Shown one piece after another: positions 27,563 to 39,696 of a stretch of DNA of 64,000 bases; position 1 is the stretch's first letter, and every line of letters starts with the position of its first letter. Under the pieces are notes generated by a model. It had not been told where the DNA came from. It ran no database searches and was given only the letters and a program-made list of their open reading frames with translations. The DNA comes from Monocercomonoides exilis PA203 (Eukaryota; Protista; Preaxostyla), in assembly GCA_001643675.2 (NCBI GenBank), contig LSRY02000056.1, positions 372,001 to 436,000 on the forward strand, given 5' to 3'. The position numbers and the translations under genes are program-made.

Positions 27563-28335
27563 TCAATCTTTGTCCCGTTTTAAATGCAATTAATTTTGTA
27601 AATATCCCAATATTATTTTTATAAATGACAATGTTTTTTTTCTATCGATGAAAGATTTTTTATGATAATTATTATTTTTGTCTTTCAAAATCGAACTAAA
27701 TTCTTTGTAATATCAATTGATGAATAATAAAAGACATTAAGACTTTCAAAAATTATTTGCGAATCGAAAATTTTTTGGGTTTATTTGAAATGAAGAAATC
27801 TTTGAAAAACTTAAATTCAATTTTTTGGTTTTTCAAATTCTTTGAACATTCAAAATTATTAAAATTGTTTATTTCGGATTCTGTTTGAAGGATATTAATA
27901 CTAAGTGGTCATTTTTTTAACTAGTGACTATCACAATTATTGTAAGATTGGAATTATTTGAATTTCAATAAACAAAAAACAAACAGCATTACCCTTTTTT
28001 TTGTTGTTGCTGTTTTTTTGAAGTAGCAAGATATAACATGGATGTATCAAACCGTTAAATAAAACTGTTTCTTCGTGAAATATATTTGTTTTGATTTTTA
28101 GAATATGAATGCTTTTTTTATTTTTTGATCAAAATAATATCTATTTTTTGTTCAGTCGAAAATTTTTTGATTGTTTTATTTTGTAATGAAAATTTTATTG
28201 TCAGTTAAATTTGTTTAAATCGTTTGAGTTCAATTATTTTTCTATCCTAATGAACCAAGTTTTCTTTTCACTTAAACTTTTTTCGATTTTAATGGATGAA
28301 ATGCGAATAAAAAGTTTTAATTCGAATGATCTGAC

Positions 28336-31300
28336 TTTATTCGAACAAACCCCCTTATAATTGAATGAGAGGCAGTTTATTCAAATAAACGTCTGCTTTC
28401 TCGAATCAACCATGAAAGATTTGAATAAAAAATTAATAGATATTATAATGGAATTTTTGTTCATGTTTTCGATGTTTTTCATGCGTTATTCACGATTTAT
28501 AAATAATAAAAACTAGTGATCAAACATTTTTTTCGTGAAAATCAATGAAAAACTTTTTTATGAAGTAATTTAATGAAAATTTTCATGATTCATAAATTTA
28601 TTTTAATTATTTTTCACATATATAAGAGGTTTTTTGTGGAATTATCATTTTTTACAACTTTGATCATAACATAAATTGGAAATATTTCATGAAAATAAAG
28701 ATTTCTTCTTCTTTTCACATTGGAATGATTATTTCATGTTGAAAAGGTTATTCGCCAAACTGATTGATAATGTATATTAATAAGTCCTTCTTTATTTTGC
28801 ACTCATCTTGTTTCACAATCTTTATTTTTTGATTCTGATTTTTAGAAATTATTACCTTAATTTTTCGATTATGATAGTTATTTAACAAAAAAGCCGTTTG
28901 CATTTTTGCGTGCTCGTCCAATTGCTGTTGAGTGAGCAATATTATTTATTCCTTATTTGAACGTTAGCACGAAAATAAAAATCCAAAAGAATATGCAAAA
29001 ATTACGCATTCCTTAAACATCATTTGCGATTCAACGTAAAGAATAGTTTGAAAACTTCTTTCGTGAAAATATGAACATGTTTATTGTTTATTTGCTTTGA
29101 TTCATTTTTTTAACATTGCGAAAATATCCTTCATATTCTTTCAACATTGCTTTTGATTTTTGTAGACTTAGAATCACATTTTGTTTTTCTGTTGACTTTC
29201 CATTCCGATACGCCCAGCCACTCATTCTCGTTCCAGTGAAATTCATTCACCGGATCAGTACAGAATTGTAATATTATACCCGTTATTAGCTGCTCAAATT
29301 ATTATTCACAGAACCGCCATTTTCTGCACTGCTCGACACACACCCCTACACATTTGTCTTGTTCACAACAACTTCCACCCCACCTTCTTCCCTGCTCCAA
29401 ATAACAGACGACTTGTTCGCTGTTTGCAAAATACCAACCTATGCCGATCTGAAGATGGTAATTGATGAAGGGTGATTGGGAGAGCTGTTAGTACTGCTTG
29501 CTGCTTCGACAATGGAGCATTTGGACAGGCTGCATGACGAAATTCGATGGAATCGAATGTGCTCGAAGATCCCTCATACAGCAAAAATATCGAACGCATG
29601 AGATTGTTGTTTGTCAACTCAAATTATGTTCAAATATGTTTTTCCACTTTTACAACAGAAAAGGTATTTGCACCAAGCTCAGCGATACTTGCGTGTGGGT
29701 CAAAAGAAAACTCATCCATTGCCAATGAACCCTGCTTGCTGAGGATGATTGTGCTGACTTCGTTGCTGAATTCATTGACAACGTGGAGAGAGATCCCTGA
29801 AAGAGAGAGGCTCCAACTGTTCAGGAGGTATGGATTGGATCACTTACTGTCTTCCTGGAACAGCAGCTCTGACTGCGCTGCTTCCTCGCTGGAAAACGAC
29901 TGGCAGGTGAAGTTCGACAAGTCTGCCGGACAGATGAAGTGTGCTGGGTAGCTGATGCAGAACGTTTTGTGTACACCCGATACATCCATGCGCTCAAAGC
30001 CAGTCACAAAGGATCTGCAGGAATCGATCCGCGATTCACACGAAGCAATGACAAATCCAGCATCGGTCATGTTGATCTCACTGGATGCGAATGGAACAAG
30101 GAAGCGGGACAGATCAGCATTTACAAATGTTTGATCGCTCTCCACAAACGTTTGCGAATCATAAACACACAGTTCGAATAAGAGGTGGAAGGTGGCTGAG
30201 GTTTCACTCTTTCTGAAGTTGAATCAGTCCACATATATGTTTCTTCCTTTGGCTGAATCGTTGCTCGCAAAAGTGAATGCCTCTGAAAGGGATGTTGCTT
30301 TGTTGCATCTGTGTCTGTCCTTTTCACATTCAGAACATTTCTTCTGTCTGCTTTGTTATAGTTCCATCCGTGGTTAAACTCTCACCAAGCTGCACTCAAA
30401 TGGTATTCGCTTGGAAGAATCACTCCAATCAGTTCATTTGCATCGCAATCCAAGGTTCAGCTTTCTTGAAATACACTTGTGTTCATCTCCACAGATCTTC
30501 AGATGCACAGGAGAGATAAAGAGGGAGCAAAAGCGTAGACACGCACCCTTCCGTCTGTACACTGCATCCTTCAGCACGAACAAGTGCGCCTTCAACCCGA
30601 GGAGAGCTTGCTGGAGCAAACGTCTTGCTATCGAGCAGAAGTCGATCCCGAGGTGTGGAGGAAGATACGAGTCGGAGAAACGAAGAAAGGAATTCCTGAC
30701 AACAGAATAATCAGTACGGACGAAGCTCTGTCTATCTGTGATTAGTACAGCACAACGGAGGGTACCATCGTGTGCGGCAGAAGAAAATTTGAATATAGCC
30801 TTTTCAGAGCTGCTGGAGGAAACTGATAAAAATTTCTGGTCGAACTCGTTTCGGATAAGCGCCGATTCCTCGAAAGCAAGCGTATTGCCTGCTGAACCTG
30901 AATTAATATTCAGCGTTCCTCTCCAGAACGATGCACAAAGAAAAATGTCTGAACCGCACACCAGTATATCGAAGCCGTTGGGATGGATGCAGGAGCTGGA
31001 GAACATGTCATTTCTCATTCCATTTATACCTGAATAGCACAAGAAAAATGAGAAAAAACTCATTTGGTTGCATTTATCAGAGTTTTCCCAGCTATTCTTC
31101 AGAATTCAACACCTCCGTTTTAATGACACTTATTGAATTTTCATTTTTCATAAAAGAATTAACTTTTTTCTCAATAAGTTCATTTGAACTTATGTTCACA
31201 AACGTACTTTTGAACACATATTAAAGTCAGTTGTTTGTCGTATGTTTCGTTTTAATAATAGGAAATATTTCTTTCAGGAAAACTATTCTTAATATTTTTT

Positions 31301-31600
31301 ACAATTTTTAAAAGGAGCTAACATATTTTTATTATCCGATTTTTCAAATTTTTTAAGTGAATTCGCAAAATGAAATGTGAAATGAATGAAAATTGTTATT
31401 TAAATATTCAATTCAAATTTTAAAACATCTTTGAAACATCAAAATGTTTTGGATTATTTCGCATTTCGATCGAAAAATCCCACAATAAAAAATAACTCAA
31501 ATAAAGGGCTCAGTTTTCAAATAAACATGGTTTATACGAATAAACTGCCTGTATTTGAAATAAAGGCTATTTATTCGAATAAACTATCTTTATTCAAATT
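28336..31600. repeat. Degenerate inverted repeats (about 28336-28390 and 31529-31600) built on TTTATTCGAATAAA-like palindromes
   Basis: Reverse complement of the left copy gtttatttgaataaactgcct..ttcgaataaa aligns by eye with the right copy gtttatacgaataaactgcct..ttcgaataaa. Confidence 0.5.
29200..31050 (-). pseudogene. GC-richer degenerate coding island of unknown family
   Basis: Coding-like composition in an AT-rich region; consecutive minus-strand ORF pieces (30434-31063, 30121-30327, 29840-30145, 29363-29617) broken by stops and frameshifts. Confidence 0.45.
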
Positions 31601-32729
31601 AAAATTTCTTATTCGAATTTCATCCAATAATGAATAATTCAATTGAATGTAATCAACATCGGTGATAATAACAAATGTCTGTGTTAATATTTGATTTTTA
31701 TTTTTCATTCATTACTTATCACATATAATCACAGGATTAAACAAAAAAAAAAACACAAATTATTAAAAAATAGATTTGTTAATTCATAAAAAAAAAGGTT
31801 TATTTTTAAAAAAACTCATTTAATTGATTAGAAATAATATGAAAAAGGAAGCCATCATAAGATGCAACATCATAATAATTGCTTTCTTTATGATAAAATG
31901 TGTCTTTGTCAAATTTTTTCCGATTAGTTCATTTTGTTCAAATTTCAGGTAAATATTGTTATAGAACATTTTCGTCAAATTTTCATTCCAACTAATAAAA
32001 ATTCCCTGCCATAGAACTTATCGTATTGACAACCATTTGTTTCCATACTGATGAAATTTGATGAGTTGGAATAAAATTAAGATGAAAAGATACAATTTCT
32101 ATTTCACCTGAGATAATTACAAATTCAACTTTTTCGAAAAAAAAAATTAAAAACATATAATTGTTACAAAAAAATTTTTTTGTATGAAGTCACATCTCTT
32201 ATAATCATAATCTGATATTATCACAAAAAGTTGTGCATAATTCAATGTGATTATATCCTTTTTTTATCTGGGGATTATTTTTTAAATGGGTGATTTTTTT
32301 TGATATCATAAAAAAAGATCAAAAATAGAAAAAATATAATCTATAGTGGTTTTTATTGATCAAAAAGTTAAGTTGATATCTCATAAGTATTTAGCTTTTA
32401 TTTCTGTCATATGTATTTGTTTTATTTATTTATATAAAAAATCATACCTTTTTAATGTTTTAGTTTAAAAGTGATTTTTTTGATCAAGTTTCAAAAATTA
32501 AAAAAAATAAAATAAAAATAAAAAATCATCTTTAAAAGGAAAATTGATATTTCCAAACTGGAAAAACAAAACATTGTTAAGAAAAAATTAAAAAGAAGAA
32601 CAGAAAAGAAGAAAAGAAAACAAAATTTTTTTGACAAATTTAACATTAATTATTATTTTTCTTTTTTTTCCTCACCTTTGTATAGCTAATAAATCTCCGT
32701 TCATTTTATTCGATTCATCGGATTCATCA

Positions 32730-35700
32730 AACAGAAACAGATAAAGTGGAATATTGGATTAACACAAATTCGAAAGCTTGTTCCCTCACATTACTCTGAA
32801 TAAAATTGTAGCAAACAATGGAGCCGATGCTGATGGCTGTAATTAAACATAGCAAAACACTTGCGCCATTATCGAATATGCCATCAACGGCTTCATTTCC
32901 CTCTTCCAAGACGCTTCCCTCACCCTCCTTTCCTCAACATTTGTTCCTTCTCAAACACTCACTTTCGAAGCGGTTGACACAAAAATCATTGATAACAATA
33001 ACCTTTTTCTAATTTCTTTAAAATTTCCTCAATTATTTCTTCTTCAAATTTTGTTTTATTTTCCATGTCATAGAAAAATCCATGAGCTATCATTTTCTTT
33101 TCACCAGAAGTTTAATTTTTTTCAAAATCCTAAACGAAAGACCAGATAAAAATATTTCTTCTCCATTTCTTCATATAATTTTTTCTTTTCATCAAATGCA
33201 AATAAAGCTCATTGCCTGAAGGAATCTTCTATTTCATCTCTTCAAAATGCATTTCTTCATCGTTTCATTTGCAACAATTCGCCGTGGTTTCGCTGCTGTG
33301 AAATCTGCCTAAGGCTATTTTCAAACATCCAAACAAAATAACTTTTCTGTCTGTTTTCTGTGAATTCTTTCATCTTCCAAATGAAAAAGTCAGAAACATT
33401 TTCTTGTTGATGACGTGCATGCTTTTCTTTGCTTTGTGGAGAATCGCTTCAGTCGTAATGTAATTTCAGCTGTTATTTATTATTTGTATAAGTATTTCTT
33501 TGTATCTCTCCAAGTTGCAACGAAAGATGAGGTCTGACTCCGAATTCAAGGAGAGTTGAATGAAAAAGAAGTAGACGAAGAAAGAGCAGGCAGTGAAAGT
33601 GGAGAAAGTGAGCCAGGACAGCAAGATTAGAAGCAGATGGATGAACAGCTTGAGATAAAAGGAAGGGAGATGAAGAGATTCTGAAAGAAGGAGAAAATTG
33701 AAGTTGGATGTTCATAAAAATGAACGAATTGACAAGTGAAAAAGTTCGGTGAGAAAGAGGATGAAGAACATTTTTTGTATTAACAGCAAGATCAGCAGCT
33801 GAATCAAAAGGCGTAACAAAATTGAGGGCAGGGTATTTCTGCATCAGATCCATCGCCTTTGAATTCTGCGATGTGAAGAAAGACGTCAACTTTGAGAACA
33901 ACATCGAAGAAAACAGTTTTGACATCACATCTTTTATTCCAGGCACGCTGCTCTGACTGAATGTTCTTTTCACTTTCTCCTTCTGAAACAGCAGAGCTGA
34001 TCCTTTCCATGCCCCTTTATTTCCCTTTCTGTGTGTTTTTTCTGCTTCCTTTTCACAGTTCCGCCTGGCTCAGCTTCAGCCCACTCTTCAGCGCACTCAT
34101 CAGATCCAACCGCGTTCTTGTCTGCCTCGCGTCGACTGCTGCATGCACAGGCACTTTTCACATCTTCCACACAAATTGCCCGTTTTCCTCGCTTTTGATG
34201 CGAACATAGCGGCAGGGCACATCCAATTCATCGCTCAAATCTTCTAAGTCAGAATTAGCGAGGTCATTCAGCATGCAGTCCAATTTCCTCTCTCTTGTCA
34301 AAATTGGCGTTTGGCTTTCTTTCGCCTCTTGCTGCACCTCGCTTGCCACTTTGTTCTCCTTCTGGTTAATTGGTGTGCCTATCTCAATGTAAGGTTGCAG
34401 TATTCCTTGGATGCTGCTTAACAGATTCTTGTATTTTTCTTCAATCTTCTTCGCCATTTTCTCCATTTTCCGGCGCTCCCGCTTTTCTTTCTTCTTCCGC
34501 CTCTTCTCTTTCTCTTCTTTCTCCTTCTTCTTCTTCTGTCTTTCCTGCAGTTTCATCAGTCGAAGCAGTTTTTCTTTCTGATCATCAGATTCCAATGAAT
34601 TAAACGTGATTTTCGCTTCTTCATCGTCCACTTTCCCTTTCTCATTCTGAAACTCATCTTGCATCGCCCTTGTCACTTCTTTGTTCAAATCCTTCATCCC
34701 CATCACACTCAACGTCACCACTCCTCCTCCAACAACAACAACAGGTGACGGAAGCGTTGTTGAGGCACCAATAGCTCCTCTCCACATTTCCAACCGCCTT
34801 CCTTTTGCTTCCCTCGTGTTAAATACATCGTTCCAAAAGTATCTCTTGCTGAAAAGAATTGTTTAGGCTATGGAAAAGGTGATTGTGTTGTGTACTGTTT
34901 CTGCTGTTTTTGCAGGACTTGCGATGAAAGTGGCTCTAGTTTTGGCTCATTATTGTTCGTTTCAAGTTTTTTGTCATTTTTAATGGATTCTTTGGTGTTT
35001 GCACTCTTTTCTACTTCCGTTTGATAATATTTGCTTTTGAAACAACTGCTTTGGGGTTGTTCATTAAATCCTCCAAAATCACTTCTTTTCCTCATCTTTT
35101 CCATAATCTTCATCTTCTTCAACTTCTTCCTTGTTTCCATTTTCATTCAAAGAATTATTCCATTCTTTCTCTTCTTTTCCGTCTTCTTTGCCATCTCCCT
35201 CACTTTTTGCAGCATTTTCATTAATTCCTGGTCTTTTTATCGACTCGTCAATAGGAACCGGAGAAAGCAGCAGGTTTGGTCTGACCATCAAAATCACCTC
35301 ATTCACAACAGAATCACGTTGAAGCTCAAGCGCCTGGCAATACCTTCGCATCAGCCTCTGTTTCTCTCTCTCTGTTTGTGCCTCTTCTCTCTTCGCTCTT
35401 CTTCATCACTGATGATGGAGCTGTCGGAAAGGCATTCACTTTCTTCTTTATTCTTCGTTTTCTTCAGAGAATCTCTTCTAATCAATGATAAACTCTCGTT
35501 TTCTTCTGCTTTGACATTATTTTCTTTTTCATCATCATTGTTATTTTCATCATTTGCAGATTTCAATGCCTTCCTCATCTTAATCAGTTCTCTTATTCTT
35601 CTCTTCTCTCTTCTCTCGTTCCTTGCTTCTCTCTCTCTCCTTCGCTCTCTCTCTTTCTCTCTTCCTTTTCTCCAGATTCTCCGCATACCGCTCCACCATC

Positions 35701-38240
35701 CGAAACTCTGCAAACAGCGGCAGCGCCTCAAACACATCTGAAGGGAGAACAAAATATTGTTTTTTTCTTCTTCTTCCGAACTGCTGCCTCATCCTCCTCA
35801 TCTGCTGCTCTTCTCCTGTCAGAAATCTGTTTCCAGAAGAGCGAAGCAATGAGGAAGAAGAAGAAGAGGAAGAAGAACGTGAAGCACCAGAAGCAGCAGC
35901 CACTTGTGCACAGCGGTTGAGATAGCGTCGGCGGAGGAGAGGATGCATTGCTCTTATGCGGCGAGCCATAGCAATTTCAGAACGATGAGGTGGTTTTGGA
36001 TGGAGAGAGAGGTCAGTTACTGCTGGAGAAGATGAGGAAGAGGAAGAGGAGGGAGAAGGAGATGGCCGGCAAAGAGAAAGAAAAGATTCATCGTACAATG
36101 AAGAAGGAGATGTTCCTCTTCTTGTGCCAATTCCAGCAGTTGAATGAGTCAAAAAGGTTTGTGTTGAATTTTGATTGATTTTTCTCTGTCTTTGTCTTCG
36201 AGGCACATAAGATGGATTCAGATCGCATCTGACTGAAAAACGGACAATTCTCTGCTCGAAATGAGGCTGTTTGCAAGCGAACCGAATCTTCTTCGCAGAA
36301 TGCCATCGCCGTTGTTCAGCACTTGCTCAAAGAGGAAATCGTCAATGAGAAAAGTTGCATAGTCAAAAAAACCAAATGTGTTGATGGTGTTGGAAGATGA
36401 GTAGTTTTCGAGTGTCAATGGATTGACTCCACATTCATCAACTGCCTCGTCTGTGTCAAGATGCTCTACCCAATCGCCTAACAGTCTAAAGCCAGGAAAT
36501 TTCTCTCGTTTCTCTTTCTCTTTTCCTTTCCCTTTTTCTCTCTCTTTCAGTTTTTCTTTCCACTTCTCCTTCTCTCTCTCCCTCATTGCTGTTATTCCTG
36601 TTATTCCTCTCACAACATTTCCTCTTTTTCTCTTTCCATCTTTCCCATCATTCCCTTTCTCATACATTCCAGTGAAAATAGCCATAATTCTCTGCTCTTT
36701 GTTCGACGTCTGTTTGTTTCTCTGCCCCCATCTCAGTCTGTTTTGTCTCAATTGAAGTTTTCTTGTGCGAATGTTAGAAAATTCGTTGCCTTCATCAAAG
36801 AAAGGCGGAGGATAAGGAGAAAGATCAGGTGAAGTTGACTGAGAAAGAAGCTGTTGAGTGAGAAAAGAATGAGGGAGAGAAGGGATGTGTGAGTGAGAAG
36901 AGAGAGAAAGGAAAGAAGGAGAAAGGGAAGAAAGGGAAGACGATAAAGAAGAAGTGGAGTTGGAAGGAGTTGATGGAGAACGAATAACAGAAGAGAAAGA
37001 AGAAGGTTTGAGGGACGTTTTGAAGTTATGTTGTGGTTGTTGATTAAGATGTTGATGATGATGATGATGGCGAGGATGAGAAATGAATAAGAACATGAAT
37101 AAGAAAAATTAAAAGAAGAAGAATATGATGTGTTTAATGAATAAATGCCTGTTGGATAAAGATGATGAATAGATGCAGAAGAAGGCGAAAAGCGTTGAGT
37201 GGCGAAATGGAAATGGAAAGAAGAGGAAAGAGGAGAAAGAGGAGAATATTGAAGAGCCAATGAAGAAGGAACAAGAGAAGATCTGCTTGTTGAGAGAAGG
37301 CGGTGAATGAAAGGTGAATTGAATGAAAGAGAAGGATTAGGAGGATGTAAAGGATGAGGTGGAGAAAGAGAAAAAAAAGAAAAAGAAATCTTATGATATG
37401 ATATTGATATATTTGATAAAGAAGAAGATGACGATGATGAATGAATGTCATGAAATGATTAATTGTTGAAAAGTGAGAAGATGGGAGTCAATAAATATCA
37501 ACGTAGAATTTCATTGAAATTCTCTTCTTCAGGATTTTGTCTTCTTCTGGCAAATAATAGCCTCTGAATCCTTTTCACTTTCAGCTCAATCCTCTTTCCC
37601 ACCAACAAAAAATACAAAACACGCGTCAATCACTTTTTCATTCCATGCATTTTTCTTTCAATTCCCCTTCTTTCACAAAAAATCATCTTTCCTGAAAAAT
37701 AATTCTTCACCAAAGCCCAGTGTCAGGAATCTTCGAAATATCTCGCATTTCATCTATCTGTATTTTTCTTCCTTGCTTTTCTTCTTCTTCTTCAAAGCCA
37801 CCTAATCCTTAACTCTTTCAGCAACCTGAATGAAAAAATTATAATCACTTCGAAAAAAATAATAACAACAGCAAACCTTCTAAACATTTTTATATGCAAT
37901 TTTCTGTTTTTTATTCCATTGCCAACTGTTTCCCTCCAATAAAAATTCTTTATTCCTTCCATTTTCAAATATTTCTTCATCTGATTTTCTAATCGTCCTT
38001 TCCGGAAGTCATTTTCCCATCAAATGCATCGATTTCCCTCTCTTCTGAAAAATGTGAAATTCATGTTTTCTGCTCAAATTTCATCTTTCTTATTGAAAAA
38101 TATCCTTGTTTCTCGTCTGAAAATATCATCTCCAAATTCCTTCCCAATCCCTTCACCCTAAGCACATTCCATATGAAATTGCTCTCCCAACTCCATAGCC
38201 ACCCTTCATAACGAGATATCCCGCTTTTATTCATTTCCAT
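32730..38240 (-). pseudogene. Fragmented pseudogene forming the left arm, facing away from the transposon; possible RCC1-like and BTB-like remnants
   Basis: Chain of broken low-complexity minus-strand ORFs; 5' end lies in the long inverted repeat; shares motifs with the right arm (LRQNRLRWGQRN..QRIMAIF vs LRKEEFDWGESN..DRLDAMF). Confidence 0.5.
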
Positions 38241-38891
38241 TCTTTTTGACCTGTTTCCGTTAAGAAAGAATAAAAACGGTCAATAAAAAATAATCATATA
38301 TAGAAATAATAAATAAATGCCAAACTTCCTTCTCTGCCTTTTATTAGCAATTATTCTTTGGCATATCAATCATATAAATATTTTCATTAAAAACAAAAGA
38401 AAGAACATCTATTGATTGTCTATGAAAAAGATTTGTTTAAAAAACATGTGTTTTCCTCATATGATAACAAATAACAAACCTCGATGCTACGTCAATGCGA
38501 GAAAAATTGTTGAAAGAACATTTTGAAATAAAGTTATGGAATTTTTTCTCATTGAAAAAAGTTCTAAACACACATTTTTTTTTAATCATTTTTAATGAAT
38601 ATTGTTGTTTTAATAATTATGAAGCGTATGAGCACTAATAGAATATAAGCATTTTCTCGTTCTTGAAAGAACAAAAAAGCGAAAATTTTTCATAGATTTT
38701 TGATCTGAAAATTTGAGATACATTTTTCGAAAAAGAGGTCACACCTTGGTGCCCCTTTTTTTGACATATTTCATACACCGTCATTCTAACAAATCGATTC
38801 GTGCAAAAAAATACCACCCAAGGTGTGACCCTCGTGGGATACCTTAAAAATATTTTTTCCTAATGATCATATCCATAATTATTTGGATATG
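37510..38891 (+). repeat. Left copy of a 1382-bp inverted repeat
   Basis: Reverse complement of 44866-46247; paired coordinates sum to 83757 at both ends and at the identical mirror ORFs (37792-37980/45777-45965 and 38635-38817/44940-45122). Confidence 0.97.
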
Positions 38892-39696
38892 AACATAAAT
38901 TTGTCTGACTTTAGTGTTATGAGACGATTATTCTCCATTTGTTATTTGCACAAAATTTTAACATACTAACATTATTTTGTAAGATATTTTGTTGTTTCTA
39001 AGTTTTTGTTGGATGAAATTTTTATATTTGTGATGTTAAATGTTTTTATAATGAGTAATTTTTGTTTTTTCTTTTTTGAATCTTCAAATTAAAAAAAAGA
39101 ATAAATGATCTCGAGTGGTTTGCCAAAAGTTTATAAATTGAACAAAAAATGTTTCATCATTATTGTTCAAATAAAAAAGAATTTTTCATTTGATTTTGAA
39201 CAAATAAATGGAAAAACATAGAATTTCTTCAAGGTTGTATTTGTGAAAAATAATATTTTTTATCTGTAATTAAAAATATTTTAATTAGTCATCCATTCAT
39301 ATATTAATAATTTTGTGCATTGAGTAAAAATAAAAAAATTAAAATGTTTTACTAAACTTTCATCTGTCATTAAATTTTTTCTTGAAAAAATATATTTTTT
39401 GCTGAAATCAAACAACTCAATATTTATTTAAAAAGAAGAAAAGAAAATCAGTTTTATATTTAATTTTGTTAATTATCAGATTTTTTGAATTTGAATTTTT
39501 TTTTTTTTTTTTGATTTTGTGATTTCATTTATGAGCTTTTTGGATAACTATGTGCCTTTTGAGAAAATCAAATTGCGAGAAAGAAAAAAAGAATTTCAAT
39601 AAATAAAAATAAAAATAAATAAACAGTGAATGACTTCGGAATTTTTAGGATTTTTTCATATTGAAAATTCCATAATAAATTATATATTTCACAAAA

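Noticed and set aside
37501-37509. Target-site duplication at the outer edge of the long inverted repeat
   Set aside because: No direct repeat with 46248-46260; the flanks show decaying inverted homology instead
37792-38817. Small ORFs of 62 and 60 aa duplicated in both inverted repeats, as real genes
   Set aside because: No motifs; identical only because they lie in the repeat
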